From the NCBI GenBank assembly GCA_009379975.1, contig WHSS01000003.1:156-64155 (forward strand): DNA of 64,000 nucleotides, read 5' to 3'. Below the pieces are notes generated by a model. That model had not been told where the DNA came from and ran no database searches. It worked only from the letters and a program-made list of their open reading frames with translations. Shown here one piece after another: positions 37,594-49,250 of this stretch (its first letter is position 1; each line of letters opens with the position of its first letter). The position numbers and the translations under genes were made by a program. This DNA is from Actinophytocola sp. Its GTDB lineage: Bacteria; Actinomycetota; Actinomycetes; Mycobacteriales; Pseudonocardiaceae.

Positions 37594-38739
37594 ATGACCG
37601 AGCATCTGCCTGTAGGGCCACGCCAAGAAGCCGCCCTCGGCTCGCGACGCCTCCCGGAACTGAGCGCGGCCGACCCCGCCGCGTTGCGGAGCACGCTCGC
37701 CGCCGCCGTCGAACTACTCCCCGCACTGCCGCCGGTCGACCCGCTCGACCGTTACGGCGTCCGGCAGGTGACGGTGCTGTGGCTGGAAACGGACAAGACG
37801 ACGCACACCCGGCGCGCCTACTACGCCGACCTCGCGGCGTGGCTGAGCTGGTGTGACCGGACCGGATTGGATCCCCTGCGGGCGCGACGGGCCGATGTCG
37901 ACGCGTGGAAGAACGGGCTCACCGTGACCGATAAAGACGGCGCCGCGCGGCCGGCTTCCCCGTCGACGGTGGCACGGACGCTGGCCGGGGTGTCGAGCTG
38001 GTACCGGTACCTGCAGTCCAATGACGTCACCGAGCGCAACCCGGTCGCCGCCGTCTCCCGCCCCAAACTCGGCACGGCGTCGCCGCTGCCCGCGCTCGAC
38101 GCATCCGGCGCGGCGAGCTTGCTCAATCACATGGAGCAGCGCGCCAAGACCAACGGCAGCGAGGCATCTTGGCGTGACGCCGCCGTGGTGGCGCTGCTGT
38201 TCTATACCGGTGTCCGCGTCTCGGCGGTCACCACGGCTCGCGTGTCCGACATCGACAACGACGCCGGGCACACCATCCTGCGGTATTCGGGCAAGGGTGG
38301 TCAGCGTGACCTGGTACCGCTGACGCCCGCCGCCCTATACCCGCTGCGCCGCTACCTCGAACTGCGCGCGGCGCGTCTCGGAGTGCGAGCCGATGAGCTG
38401 ACCGGGCCGCTGCTCGCGACGGCGCCGCATCCGTACGACAAGACGAAAGCCGGCGGAAAGCCGCTGTCGCAACGCCACGTCTGGCATCTGCTGCGGACCC
38501 AGGCGAAGGCCGCCGGCATCGCGGGCGCCGCCGCGATCAGCCCCCACACCGCGCGACGCACCACCGGCACCCTGCTGCTGGCCAACGATGTGCCGGTGCA
38601 GAAGGTGCAGGACCTGCTCGGCCACGCGGACATCAGGACCACCCGGGATCACTACGACGCCCATCGCCACAAGCTGGAGACCTCACCGGTGCACGCGCTG
38701 GCCCAATTGCTCGCCGATGCGCGGCGCGAGCCGAAGTAG
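37594..38739 (+). CDS. tyrosine recombinase / phage-type integrase
   Basis: N-terminal SAM-like domain (THTRRAYYADLAAWLSWC). Catalytic region: YTGVRVSA (Arg), HTARRT (HxxR), LLGHADIRTTRDHY (His..Tyr). Confidence 0.85.
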   Translation: MTEHLPVGPRQEAALGSRRLPELSAADPAALRSTLAAAVELLPALPPVDPLDRYGVRQVTVLWLETDKTTHTRRAYYADLAAWLSWCDRTGLDPLRARRADVDAWKNGLTVTDKDGAARPASPSTVARTLAGVSSWYRYLQSNDVTERNPVAAVSRPKLGTASPLPALDASGAASLLNHMEQRAKTNGSEASWRDAAVVALLFYTGVRVSAVTTARVSDIDNDAGHTILRYSGKGGQRDLVPLTPAALYPLRRYLELRAARLGVRADELTGPLLATAPHPYDKTKAGGKPLSQRHVWHLLRTQAKAAGIAGAAAISPHTARRTTGTLLLANDVPVQKVQDLLGHADIRTTRDHYDAHRHKLETSPVHALAQLLADARREPK

Positions 38740-38779
38740 TGAGCCGCCACCGTGGTCGTGCACGCCTGGCGCGTGGTGG

Positions 38780-39262
38780 TCACATCCCCGAGTCCCGCCA
38801 CAGGTAGCTGTGCTCCGGCCTGCCCGCACGTCCGTAGCGTGACTTTCGCTCGACCAGCCCGCGTTCGGCGAGATGTTCCAGGTAGCGCCGCGCCGTGACG
38901 CGAGCGATGCCGAGTTCGGCGCTCACTTCGTTCGCGGAGAGGCCTGCAGGAGATTCGCCCCGGAGCCGGTCTACCACGGCGGTCAACGTGTCACCGCTCA
39001 GCCCTTTCGGCACCGGCCCGCCCGCGCTGCTACGCAGCGCGCCCAATGCCCGGTCCACGTCCTGCTGCGCCGCCGACCGGTCCGAGCCGAGCAACTGCTC
39101 GCGGTAGTCGGCGTAGCGTTCCAGCTTGTCGCGAAAGGCGGCGAACGTGAACGGCTTGAGTAAGTACTGCACGACGCCGTAGGCCATGACCGACCGCACC
39201 AGCTTGACGTCTCGGGCGGACGTCACCGCGATGATGTCGACCACGCTGCCTCGCGCGCGCAG
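38780..39262 (-). pseudogene. CitB/DcuR-type response regulator lacking the N-terminal ~60 aa of the receiver domain
   Basis: The readable sequence starts mid-receiver (LRARGSVVDIIAVTSARDV..YLLKPF) and ends with the HTH (LSANEVSAELGIARVTARRYLEHLAERG). No phospho-acceptor segment is present. Confidence 0.6.
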
Positions 39263-39782
39263 GCCGGTCGCGGCGAAGGCGATCGCCAGCATCAGGCTGG
39301 GTGGCGAAGTTCTTGGTGTCGGAGTCGGTCGCGCCATCACCAGCCGCTCCCCCAGCCGTCACCAATGCGAGCACGCTGATGCCGATCGGCAGCATCATCA
39401 GCGTGGTGGCGGTGTTGCTGACCCACATGCTCAGAAACGCCGTCGCCACCATGACACCGAGGATCAGCTGGCGCGGCCTCGTGCCGATGAACCGCATCAC
39501 GATCAGCGCCAGCCGCTTGTGCAGGTCCCACTTCTGCATCGCGAGCGCGAGCATGAAGCCGCCCATGAACAGGAAGACGGTCGGCGAGGCGTACGGGGCG
39601 GTCGCATCGCCGACCTCCATCACGCCCAGCAGCGGGAAGGCCACGATCGGCACCAGCGCGGTCACGGCGAGCGGCAGCGCTTCGGTCATCCACCAGACGG
39701 CGATCATCACCACGACGGCGGCCGTTGTGCGCGCCGCCGATGACCGGGCTCGCGCTTCCGCCTCCTTGACCGTGGTAGTCAC
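39263..39782 (-). pseudogene. 5' fragment of a DASS/SLC13-type anion:cation symporter, frameshifted and fused to the regulator fragment
   Basis: WWMTEALPLAVTALVPIVAFPLLGV..FLFMGGFMLALAMQKWDLHKRLAL..FLSMWVSNTATTLMMLPI covers only about the first third of such permeases. The frame is lost near 39297-39301. The sequence SLMLAIAFAATG continues in the -1 frame and then joins the regulator. Confidence 0.55.
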
Positions 39783-39907
39783 GTGCTCTCCTCCGTTGGC
39801 TTCCGGCCCGCCGGTTCGGCGGCCGTGCTCCTGAAGGTGACACGCGTCACGGGAGGTGTCGTCGTTATGGTCTTAACGGTCCCGAAGTACCGCGTTAACG
39901 CGCGAGC

Positions 39908-40324
39908 TCAGACGGTGAAGCCGAGCGCCCGCAGTTGTTCGCGGCCGTCGTCGGTGATCTTCTCCGGCCCCCACGGCGGCATCCAGACCCAGTTGATCTT
40001 GTAGTCGTCTACCAGTCCGGTGGTGCCGACGAGCGCCGAGCGCGTCTGGTCCTCGATGACATCGGTCAGCGGGCAGGCCGCCGATGTCAGCGTCATGTCG
40101 ATGGTCGCGGTGTTGGACTCGTCGACGCGAATGTCGTAGACAAGCCCGAGGTCGACCACGTTGATGCCCAGTTCGGGGTCGACGACGTCGCGCATGGCTT
40201 CCTCGACGTCCTCGATCTTGGCGGTCGACTCGCCGCCGGAAGCGCCCGGCTCCGGCAGGTCCGCGGCGGTGCGCCCGGCGCGGGGGTCGGTTTGCTCGGT
40301 CTCGGTCATCTGCTCGTCAGTCAC
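39908..40324 (-). CDS. sufT: DUF59 / SufT-like Fe-S assembly protein
   Basis: VVDPELGINVVDLGLVYDI...LTSAACPL. It is the last gene of the suf operon, as in mycobacterial Rv1466. Confidence 0.8.
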   Translation of the reverse strand: MTDEQMTETEQTDPRAGRTAADLPEPGASGGESTAKIEDVEEAMRDVVDPELGINVVDLGLVYDIRVDESNTATIDMTLTSAACPLTDVIEDQTRSALVGTTGLVDDYKINWVWMPPWGPEKITDDGREQLRALGFTV

Positions 40325-40779
40325 TGAACCTCAGCTCCATTCGGCTTGACTCCAGCATCGGCCAAGGCGGCCTTGAACGCCATCCATCCCAGCAGCGCGC
40401 ACTTGACGCGGGCGGGGTACTTCGCCACGCCCGCGAACGCGACGGCGTCCTCCAGCACGTCTTCGTCGGGCTCGACCTGGCCACGCCCCTGCATCAACTC
40501 GACGAACGCGGTCATCGTGGTCATGGCTTCGTCGACGGTGCGGTCGACGACGAGGTCGTTGAGCACTGAAGCCGCGGCCTGGCTGATCGAGCAGCCCTGG
40601 CCGTCGTAGGAGACGTCGGTGACCTTCTCGCCTTCGACCTTGACCCGGAGCGTGACTTCGTCGCCGCACGTCGGGTTGACCTGGAAGGACTCGCCGTCGT
40701 ACGGCTCCCGCAGGCCACGGCCGTGCGGGTTCTTGTAGTGATCCAGGATGATCTCCTGGTACATGCTCTGCAGGTGCAT
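40321..40779 (-). CDS. sufU: SufU (IscU/NifU-like) sulfur-transfer scaffold
   Basis: NPTCGDEV, GQGCSISQA and ARVKCALL motifs. 152 aa. Confidence 0.85.
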   Translation of the reverse strand: MHLQSMYQEIILDHYKNPHGRGLREPYDGESFQVNPTCGDEVTLRVKVEGEKVTDVSYDGQGCSISQAAASVLNDLVVDRTVDEAMTTMTAFVELMQGRGQVEPDEDVLEDAVAFAGVAKYPARVKCALLGWMAFKAALADAGVKPNGAEVQ

Positions 40780-40781
40780 GC

Positions 40782-42101
<1,320 letters not shown>

Positions 42102-42923
42102 TCAGATGCTGGCGGGCTCGGGCTTTCCGGCGTACTTGACGTAGCCGTGCTCCTCGAGCTCGTCGGCGAGGTCCTTGCCGCCGGACTGCACGATCTTGCC
42201 GTCGGCGAACACATGCACCACATCGGGGTGAATGTGCTTGAGGATCCGGGTGTAGTGGGTGATCAGCATGACGCCGGCGTCGGTGGACTGCGCCACGTGG
42301 TTGACCCCCTGCGACACCACGCGAAGCGCGTCGACGTCGAGGCCGGAGTCGGTCTCGTCGAGGATGGCGAACTTCGGCCGCAGCAGCGCGAGCTGCAGGA
42401 TCTCGTGCCGCTTCTTCTCGCCGCCGGAGAAGCCCTCGTTCACGCTGCGATCGGCGAACTCGCCGGAGATCTCCAGCTTGGCCATCTCTTCTTTGACTTC
42501 CTTGACCCAGAGGCGCAGCTTCGGCGCCTCGCCACGGACCGCGGTGACCGCGGTGCGCAGGAAGTTGGACATCGAGACGCCAGGCACCTCGACGGGGTAT
42601 TGCATCGCGAGGAACAGGCCGGCGCGGGCGCGCTCGTCAACGCTCATCTCGAGCACGTTCTCGCCGTCGAGCAGCACCTCACCGGAGGTCACCTGGTACT
42701 TCGGGTGACCGGCGATGGCGTAGGACAGGGTGGACTTGCCGGAGCCGTTCGGGCCCATGATCGCGTGGATCTCGCCCGACTTCACGGTCAGGTTCACGCC
42801 CTTGAGGATCTCCTTGTCGCCCTCGTCGGTTACGACGCTGGCGTGCAGGTCCTTGATTTCCAAAGTCCCCGTCGTGCGTCCCGGGCGGGGTTCGTGGGGG
42901 GTGGGTGGCGGGTTCAATGTCAC
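42102..42923 (-). CDS. sufC: Fe-S cluster assembly ATPase SufC
   Basis: [10 protein letters not shown], Walker [10 protein letters not shown], and [21 protein letters not shown] start after an AGAGGA-like RBS. Confidence 0.9.
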   Translation of the reverse strand: MTLNPPPTPHEPRPGRTTGTLEIKDLHASVVTDEGDKEILKGVNLTVKSGEIHAIMGPNGSGKSTLSYAIAGHPKYQVTSGEVLLDGENVLEMSVDERARAGLFLAMQYPVEVPGVSMSNFLRTAVTAVRGEAPKLRLWVKEVKEEMAKLEISGEFADRSVNEGFSGGEKKRHEILQLALLRPKFAILDETDSGLDVDALRVVSQGVNHVAQSTDAGVMLITHYTRILKHIHPDVVHVFADGKIVQSGGKDLADELEEHGYVKYAGKPEPASI

Positions 42924-42958
42924 AGTGTTTCCTCTTCGTGTGGCGGGAAGTTCGAGTG

Positions 42959-44164
42959 TTACGCGATGGCGGATTCGACCGCTTCGAGCTCGGCCTCGAT
43001 GGCCGCTTCGAGGCGCTCGCGCACTTCGGGGACATCGATCTTGGTCAGGATCTCGTGGAAGAAGCCACGCACGACCAGCCTGCGGGCCTGCTGCTCGTCG
43101 ATGCCGCGCGACTGCAGGTAGAACAGCTGCTCATCGTCGAATCTTCCGGTGGCGCTGGCGTGGCCGGCACCCTCGATCTCACCGGTCTCGATTTCCAGGT
43201 TCGGCACCGAGTCGGCGCGGGCGCCCTCGGTGAGCACCAGGTTCCGGTTCAGCTCGAAGGTCTCGGTGCCTTCCGCGGCCGCGCGAATGAGCACGTCGCC
43301 GATCCACACCGAATGGGCACCGTTACCTTGCAGCGCACCCTTGTAAACGACGTTCGACTTGCAGTGCGGGACCGCGTGGTCGACGAACAGCCGGTGCTCC
43401 TGGTGCTGGCCCGCGTCGGCGAAGTACAGCCCGAGCATCTCGACGTTGCCGCCCGCTTCGGTGAACCGCGCCGTCGGCGAGACTCGCACCAGGTCACCGC
43501 CCAGCGTCACCACGGTGTGCTTCAGCGTCGCGTCACGGCCGAGCGAGAGATGCTGCTCGGAGACGTGCACCGCGTCGTCGGCCCAGTCCTGCACCGACAC
43601 GACCGTCAGCTTCGCGCCTTCGCCGACCACGAACTCCACGTTGTCGGCGTAGGTGCCGGAACCCACGTGGTCCAGCACGATCGCGGCGTTGCTGAACGCC
43701 TCGATCCGGATCTGCAGGTGGCCGTAGGCGATCTTGCCTTCGCCGGGGCCGGTGATGCGCACCAGCGAAGGCTTCGACGCCTTGGTGTCGGTGGGCACGG
43801 TCAGCACGGTGGCCTCGGTGAACGACGAGTACGCCTGCGCCGCGATCCGGTCGCTGGGTACGCCGCCCTTGCCGAGGCGCTCGTCGCCCCGCTCAACCGT
43901 CTCGACGGTGACCTCCGGCGCGGCGTCGACATCCACCGTGATCTTGGCGTCGGCGACCGCGGTGCCGTTGTGCAGCCCGCGTAGGCGCTTCATCGGTGTG
44001 AAGCGCCAGTTCTCCTCGCGGCCACCGGGCACCTCGAACGCCTCGACGTCGTAGCCGGTGAATCGCTCCGCGCGGGAGGCCGCCGGGATGGTGGCCTCCA
44101 CTGCGGAAGCGGTGTTGGTGCCTCCAGGGCCGGCGGGCCCGGTGTTGTTTTCCACCACCGTCAC
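42959..44164 (-). CDS. sufD: Fe-S cluster assembly protein SufD
   Basis: Its position between sufB and sufC, and a C-terminal beta-helix region similar to SufB ([16 protein letters not shown]..). Confidence 0.85.
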   Translation of the reverse strand: MTVVENNTGPAGPGGTNTASAVEATIPAASRAERFTGYDVEAFEVPGGREENWRFTPMKRLRGLHNGTAVADAKITVDVDAAPEVTVETVERGDERLGKGGVPSDRIAAQAYSSFTEATVLTVPTDTKASKPSLVRITGPGEGKIAYGHLQIRIEAFSNAAIVLDHVGSGTYADNVEFVVGEGAKLTVVSVQDWADDAVHVSEQHLSLGRDATLKHTVVTLGGDLVRVSPTARFTEAGGNVEMLGLYFADAGQHQEHRLFVDHAVPHCKSNVVYKGALQGNGAHSVWIGDVLIRAAAEGTETFELNRNLVLTEGARADSVPNLEIETGEIEGAGHASATGRFDDEQLFYLQSRGIDEQQARRLVVRGFFHEILTKIDVPEVRERLEAAIEAELEAVESAIA

Positions 44165-45630
44165 CCGACGGCTCCTTCCATCTGCAGTTCGATCAGGCGG
44201 TTCAGCTCGAGGGCGTACTCCATGGGCAGTTCGCGCGCGATGGGCTCGACGAACCCGCGCACGATCATCGCCATGGCCTCTTCCTCGGCCAGCCCGCGCG
44301 ACATCAGGTAGAACAGCTGGTCCTCGCTGACCTTGGACACCGTCGCCTCATGCCCCATCGACACCTCGTCGTTGCGGATGTCGACGTAGGGGTAGGTGTC
44401 CGAGCGCGAGATGGTGTCGACCAGCAACGCGTCGCACACCACGTTCGACTTCGAGTGGTGCGCCCGCTTGGCGACCTTCACCAGGCCGCGGTAGGACGTC
44501 CGGCCACCGCCGCGCGCCACCGACTTCGACATGATCGTCGAGGAGGTGTACGGCGCGAGGTGCTCCATCTTGGCGCCCGCGTCGGTGTGCTGGCCCTCGC
44601 CCGCGAAGGCGACGGAAAGCACCTCGCCCTTGGCGTGCTCACCGGTCAGGAACACCGACGGGTACTTCATGGTGACCTTGGAGCCGATGTTGCCGTCGAT
44701 CCACTCCATGGTCGCGCCCGCCTCGGCCCTTGCCCGCTTGGTGACCAGGTTGTAGACGTTGTTCGACCAGTTCTGGATCGTCGTGTAGCGGCAGCGGCCG
44801 CCCTTCTTCACGATGATCTCCACGACCGCGGAGTGCAGCGAGTCCGAGTTGTAGATCGGCGCGGTGCAGCCCTCGACGTAGTGCACGTAGGCGTCCTCGT
44901 CGACGATGATGAGCGTCCGCTCGAACTGGCCCATGTTCTCGGTGTTGATCCGGAAGTAGGCCTGTAGCGGGATGTCGACGTGCACGCCCGGCGGCACGTA
45001 GATGAACGACCCACCGGACCAGACCGAGGTGTTGAGCGCGGAGAACTTGTTGTCCCCGGCGGGAATCACCGAGCCGAAGTACTCCTTGAACAGCTCCGGG
45101 TGCTCGCGCAGGCCGGTGTCGGTGTCGAGGAAGATCACGCCCTGCTTCTCGAGCTCCTCGTTGATCTTGTGATAGACCACCTCGGACTCGTACTGCGCGG
45201 CGACGCCCGCGACGAGGCGCTGCTTCTCCGCCTCCGGGATGCCGAGCTTGTCGTAGGTGTTCTTGATCTCGTCGGGCAGGTCCTCCCAGCTGGTGGCCTG
45301 CTTCTCGGTCGACCGCACGAAGTACTTGATGTTGTCGAAGTCGATACCGGAGAGGTCGGCACCCCAGTTGGGCATCGGCTTGCGGTCGAACAGCTTGAGC
45401 CCCTTGAGGCGCTGCTCGAGCATCCACTCCGGCTCGCTCTTCTTGTCGGAGATGTCGCGCACGACATCCTCGTTGAGGCCGCGCTTCGCCCCTGCGCCCG
45501 CGGCATCCGAGTCGGCCCAGCCGTACTCGTAGTTGCCCAGCGAGGCGATGGCCTCTTCCTGGGACAGCTGCTCCTGCCCAGGCTTGGTCGGCACCGTGGT
45601 GGGGGTGCGCTGCTCTGCAGCGGCAGTCAT
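44161..45630 (-). CDS. sufB: Fe-S cluster assembly protein SufB (no intein)
   Basis: 489 aa with typical SufB sequence ([30 protein letters not shown]..). Confidence 0.9.
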   Translation of the reverse strand: MTAAAEQRTPTTVPTKPGQEQLSQEEAIASLGNYEYGWADSDAAGAGAKRGLNEDVVRDISDKKSEPEWMLEQRLKGLKLFDRKPMPNWGADLSGIDFDNIKYFVRSTEKQATSWEDLPDEIKNTYDKLGIPEAEKQRLVAGVAAQYESEVVYHKINEELEKQGVIFLDTDTGLREHPELFKEYFGSVIPAGDNKFSALNTSVWSGGSFIYVPPGVHVDIPLQAYFRINTENMGQFERTLIIVDEDAYVHYVEGCTAPIYNSDSLHSAVVEIIVKKGGRCRYTTIQNWSNNVYNLVTKRARAEAGATMEWIDGNIGSKVTMKYPSVFLTGEHAKGEVLSVAFAGEGQHTDAGAKMEHLAPYTSSTIMSKSVARGGGRTSYRGLVKVAKRAHHSKSNVVCDALLVDTISRSDTYPYVDIRNDEVSMGHEATVSKVSEDQLFYLMSRGLAEEEAMAMIVRGFVEPIARELPMEYALELNRLIELQMEGAVG

Positions 45631-46445
45631 GCGGAGTTCCCTTCGTTACGGGTTCCTGGTTTCCGGCCCGTGGCTCGGGCGGGGTTCGCGGGGTGTGGGT
45701 GGTGGGCTGATGTCTCCCTCACGGGAACGTGTGTGGTGCACGCGGCGTCGCCGCGTGCGATGGTGGCCAGCCGCTGTACATGGGTGCCCAGCAACTCGGC
45801 GAACGCCGCCGTCTCCGCCTCGCACAGTTGCGGGAACTCGGCGGCGACATGGGCGACCGGACAGTGGTGCTGGCAGAGCTGACCGCCGATGCCGACCCGT
45901 TCGGTCGAGGCAGCGTAACCCTCCCTGGTCAACGCGGTCGCCAGGGCCTCCGCACGCACGGTGGGGTCCGGGTCGCGCATGATCGCGTCGTGATGCGGCC
46001 CGACCAGCGTGGCCACCCGGTGTTCTGCGAAGGCCCGGATCGCGTCCTTGCCACCGTGCTCGGCGAGGAAGCGAATGGCCGAGACCGCGAGGTCGTCATA
46101 GGCATGCCCGAAGCGTGCCCTGCCCGCGTCGGTGAGGATGAAGGACTTAGCCGGCCTGCCACGGCCCCGGGGGGCCCGGCTCGGCGCCTCCCGTGACTCG
46201 GCTTCACCGTCGGCGAGCAAGGCATCGAGATGCCTGCGCACCGCCGCCGGGCTGATGCCGAGCCGTTCGGCGACCGCGGCCGCCGTGATCGGCCCCTGCT
46301 CCAGCAACTGCCGGGCGACCTCGTGCCGGGTCCGGCCTTCCTGGCCCACCTGTACGGGCACCGCGACGATCGGCAGGTCACGGCCCTGAATACCGGGAGA
46401 GCCGCCACCTTCCGCAACTTCGTCGAAGGGCCAGTTCTTTTTCAC
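45627..46445 (-). CDS. sufR: SufR-type winged-helix (ArsR-like) regulator of the suf operon
   Basis: w[33 protein letters not shown] and C-terminal Cys residues ([15 protein letters not shown]). The start is uncertain (GTG at 46445 chosen; the track gives 46511). Confidence 0.7.
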   Translation of the reverse strand: MKKNWPFDEVAEGGGSPGIQGRDLPIVAVPVQVGQEGRTRHEVARQLLEQGPITAAAVAERLGISPAAVRRHLDALLADGEAESREAPSRAPRGRGRPAKSFILTDAGRARFGHAYDDLAVSAIRFLAEHGGKDAIRAFAEHRVATLVGPHHDAIMRDPDPTVRAEALATALTREGYAASTERVGIGGQLCQHHCPVAHVAAEFPQLCEAETAAFAELLGTHVQRLATIARGDAACTTHVPVRETSAHHPHPANPARATGRKPGTRNEGNSA

Positions 46446-46504
46446 AACACAAGTGTGTCTTATTTCGGTCGCGGGGGCAAAGAAGACCCGCCGCGGGGTG
46501 AGCC

Positions 46505-48298
46505 GTGTCACTCACGAACACCCGTCCAGGCACCGCGGGGGATCGCCGGAGCGCCGCCGGTGAGGCCGGTTGCCCACCACGACCCTCGGCGGCCCCGGCC
46601 GCTCGATACGCTGCTCAGGTGGCGGTCGGTGAGCGGGAAGCTCGGATAACGGGGACCGGGGATGCCCTGCCCTGGCTCCACTCCCCCGCGCCGCCGCTCG
46701 ACGCCGCCGAACGGCGTGCGCTGCGCACGATTCGCAGGCTCGGCATCGTGGGCGCGCTGTTCCTCGCGATCGGCTCACTCGGCGCGGGCGCAGCCCCGGT
46801 GCTCAACCCCGCGCAGGTAATCCCGGTGCTGCGGCTGTTCACCCGCGTCACCACGGTGTCCCTGGCCATCGCGGTCGCCGGGATGCTGCTGCTGGTCACC
46901 GCATGGTTGCTCTTCGGCAGGTACGCGCGGCCGGCGCGAGTACGGATGGCGACGCCCGCGCAGACCATCCGCACCGTGGTCATGTGGATCACGCCACTGC
47001 TGTTCATTCCCCCGCTGTTCTCCCGCGACGTGTACAGCTACCTGGCGCAGAGCGAAATCGTGCACCGGGGCATGGACCCATACTCGCTCGGTCCGGCGCA
47101 GGCGCTCGGCGTCGGCGACCCGCTCACCATGGGCGTGTCGAACGTGTGGCGCGAGACGCCCGCCCCGTATGGCCCGCTGTTCCTCGAGCTCGGCAGCTGG
47201 ATGTCGAGCATCAGCGGCACCCACATCGTGCTCGGTGTCATGTTGCAGCGGCTGATCGCCTTGGCAGGGGTCATCCTCATCATCTGGTCGCTGCCCCGGC
47301 TGGCTCGCCGGTTCGGGGTCGAGCCGACGACCGCGTTGTGGCTGGGCGCCGCCAACCCGCTGCTGATCTTCCACCTGGTCGCCGGGGTCCACAACGAAGC
47401 GCTCGGCATCGGCCTGATGATGGCCGGGATGGAGATCGGCCTGCGCCGGCTGCCGATCCGCGTCGCGGGTGATTCGCCGCCGCCCCTGGCGAAGGGCGAA
47501 CTGAGCTTCATCGTGCTGGGGGCCACCGTCATGACCCTCGCCGCGACCGTGAAGATCAACGCCGCGCTGGCCCTCGGCTTCTTCGGCGTGATGATCGCCA
47601 GACGCTGGTACGGCCGTTTCACCGACCTGCTGCGCGCCGCGACCGGGCTGGCGCTGGTGTTCATTCCGGTGCTGGTCGGGGTCTGCCTCATCACCGGCCT
47701 CGGCTTCGGTTGGATCGGCGCGCTCGGCACCCCGGGCATGGCAAGGACCTTGATCTCGCCGGTCACGCTGCTCGGCTACCTCAGTGGCGGGCTCGGCATC
47801 ATGCTCGACCTCGGCGTGCACACCCACGCGATCATGGACATCTTCAGCATGCTCGGCCTAGCCGTCGCGGCCGCGATCACGCTGCACCTGCTGTGGCGCA
47901 GCTTCACCTGGCAGCTGCGACCGATCATCGGCCTCGGCGTCGCGATGGCCTTCGTGATGGGACTGCACGTCGCCCTGCATCCGTGGTGGATGCTCTGGGC
48001 CTTCATCCCGCTCGCCGCGTCGGCGGGTACCTCCCGCTTCCGCGTCGTGGCCACCGTCGGCAGCGCGGTGCTCGCCGTGGTGATCCCCCCCACCGGCAGC
48101 CCGTTCGACGGCCGGGGTTTCGTGCTGCCGCAGGCGTATCTCGCCGCGATCGTCGTCGTCGTGCTGGCCATGCTCGTCGTCCGCCGGACCGTGCCGCTGT
48201 GGCGCGAACCTCCCGCGGGCGCCATGCCTGCCGAGGGCAACGAGGAACCGGAAATCGAGTCCCCGGTGCGGGGTTCTACCCTTGATGGTCGTGAGTGA
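46505..48298 (+). CDS. mptB: polyprenol-phosphate-mannose-dependent alpha-(1-6)-mannosyltransferase MptB-like (GT87)
   Basis: Polytopic protein with PLFSRDVYSYLAQSEIVHRGMDPYSLGP. Its position next to sufR matches what I recall in Mycobacterium/Corynebacterium. The start is uncertain. Confidence 0.65.
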   Translation: MSLTNTRPGTAGDRRSAAGEAGCPPRPSAAPAARYAAQVAVGEREARITGTGDALPWLHSPAPPLDAAERRALRTIRRLGIVGALFLAIGSLGAGAAPVLNPAQVIPVLRLFTRVTTVSLAIAVAGMLLLVTAWLLFGRYARPARVRMATPAQTIRTVVMWITPLLFIPPLFSRDVYSYLAQSEIVHRGMDPYSLGPAQALGVGDPLTMGVSNVWRETPAPYGPLFLELGSWMSSISGTHIVLGVMLQRLIALAGVILIIWSLPRLARRFGVEPTTALWLGAANPLLIFHLVAGVHNEALGIGLMMAGMEIGLRRLPIRVAGDSPPPLAKGELSFIVLGATVMTLAATVKINAALALGFFGVMIARRWYGRFTDLLRAATGLALVFIPVLVGVCLITGLGFGWIGALGTPGMARTLISPVTLLGYLSGGLGIMLDLGVHTHAIMDIFSMLGLAVAAAITLHLLWRSFTWQLRPIIGLGVAMAFVMGLHVALHPWWMLWAFIPLAASAGTSRFRVVATVGSAVLAVVIPPTGSPFDGRGFVLPQAYLAAIVVVVLAMLVVRRTVPLWREPPAGAMPAEGNEEPEIESPVRGSTLDGRE

Positions 48299-49250
48299 GT
48301 CCCATCGGCGCGCCGAGAGCGATGATGCCCGGCCCGCGCTGGAGATCAAGGGATTGATCAAGAAGTTCGGCGCCACCACCGCCGTCGACGGTATCGACCT
48401 GCACATGCCGCGTGGGCAGCTGCTCGCCCTGCTCGGCCCCAACGGCGCGGGCAAGACCACCACCGTCGAGATCTGCGAGGGGCTGCGGCGGCCCGACCAC
48501 GGCACGGTCCGCGTGCTGGGCAAGGACCCGCGCACCGAGGGCGCGTCGTTGCGGCCGCGGATCGGCGTGATGCCGCAGGGTGGCGGCGCCTACCCGGGGA
48601 TCCGCTCCGAAGAGATGCTCCGGCTGGTCGCGAGCTGTGCGGCGAACCCGCTCGACGTCGGCTGGCTGCTCGACATCCTCGGCCTCGCCGGGGCGGGCCG
48701 CACCCCGTTCAAGCGGCTTTCCGGCGGGCAGCAACAGCGGCTCTCGCTGGCCTGCGCCATCGTCGGCAGGCCCGAGCTGGTCTTCCTCGACGAGCCAACC
48801 GCGGGCATGGACCCGCAAGCCCGGCGGCTGGTCTGGGAGCTCCTCGGCGCGCTGCGCGCGGACGGGGTGAGCGTGCTGCTGACCACGCATCTGATGGAGG
48901 AGGCGGAGTCGCTCGCCGATCACGTCGTCATCATCGATCACGGCGAGATCGTGGCCTCCGGCTCGCCCACCGCATTGACCAACGGCGTCCCGGAGAACGC
49001 CCAGCTACGATTCCGGGCGCGTAAGGGACTCGACACCACCCTGCTCGCCGCGGCGCTGCCCGAGGGTTACCTGGTTTCCGAGACGGCACCGGGCACCTAC
49101 CGGGTGGACGGCAGCGTCGACCCGCAGGTGATCTCCGCGGTGACGGCCTGGTGCGCACAACAGGGCGTGCTGGCCGAACACCTCCAGGTCGGTAAGCGCG
49201 ACCTCGAAGAGGTCTTCCTCGAGCTGACCGGACGGGAGCTCCGGAATTGA
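48282..49250 (+). CDS. ABC transporter ATP-binding protein
   Basis: Walker A GPNGAGKTT, signature LSGGQQQR, Walker B LVFLDEPTAG. Confidence 0.9.
   Translation: MMVVSESHRRAESDDARPALEIKGLIKKFGATTAVDGIDLHMPRGQLLALLGPNGAGKTTTVEICEGLRRPDHGTVRVLGKDPRTEGASLRPRIGVMPQGGGAYPGIRSEEMLRLVASCAANPLDVGWLLDILGLAGAGRTPFKRLSGGQQQRLSLACAIVGRPELVFLDEPTAGMDPQARRLVWELLGALRADGVSVLLTTHLMEEAESLADHVVIIDHGEIVASGSPTALTNGVPENAQLRFRARKGLDTTLLAAALPEGYLVSETAPGTYRVDGSVDPQVISAVTAWCAQQGVLAEHLQVGKRDLEEVFLELTGRELRN

Noticed and set aside
44161-45630. Intein in SufB, as in the Mycobacterium tuberculosis SufB I recall.
   Set aside because: The ORF is 489 aa and reads as continuous SufB sequence, with no room for an intein.
46430-46470. 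The low-GC motif AACACAAGTGTGT upstream of sufR as a defined SufR operator.
   Set aside because: It is only partly palindromic and I cannot recall a verified SufR consensus to compare it with. It is noted as a place to look, not called as a feature.
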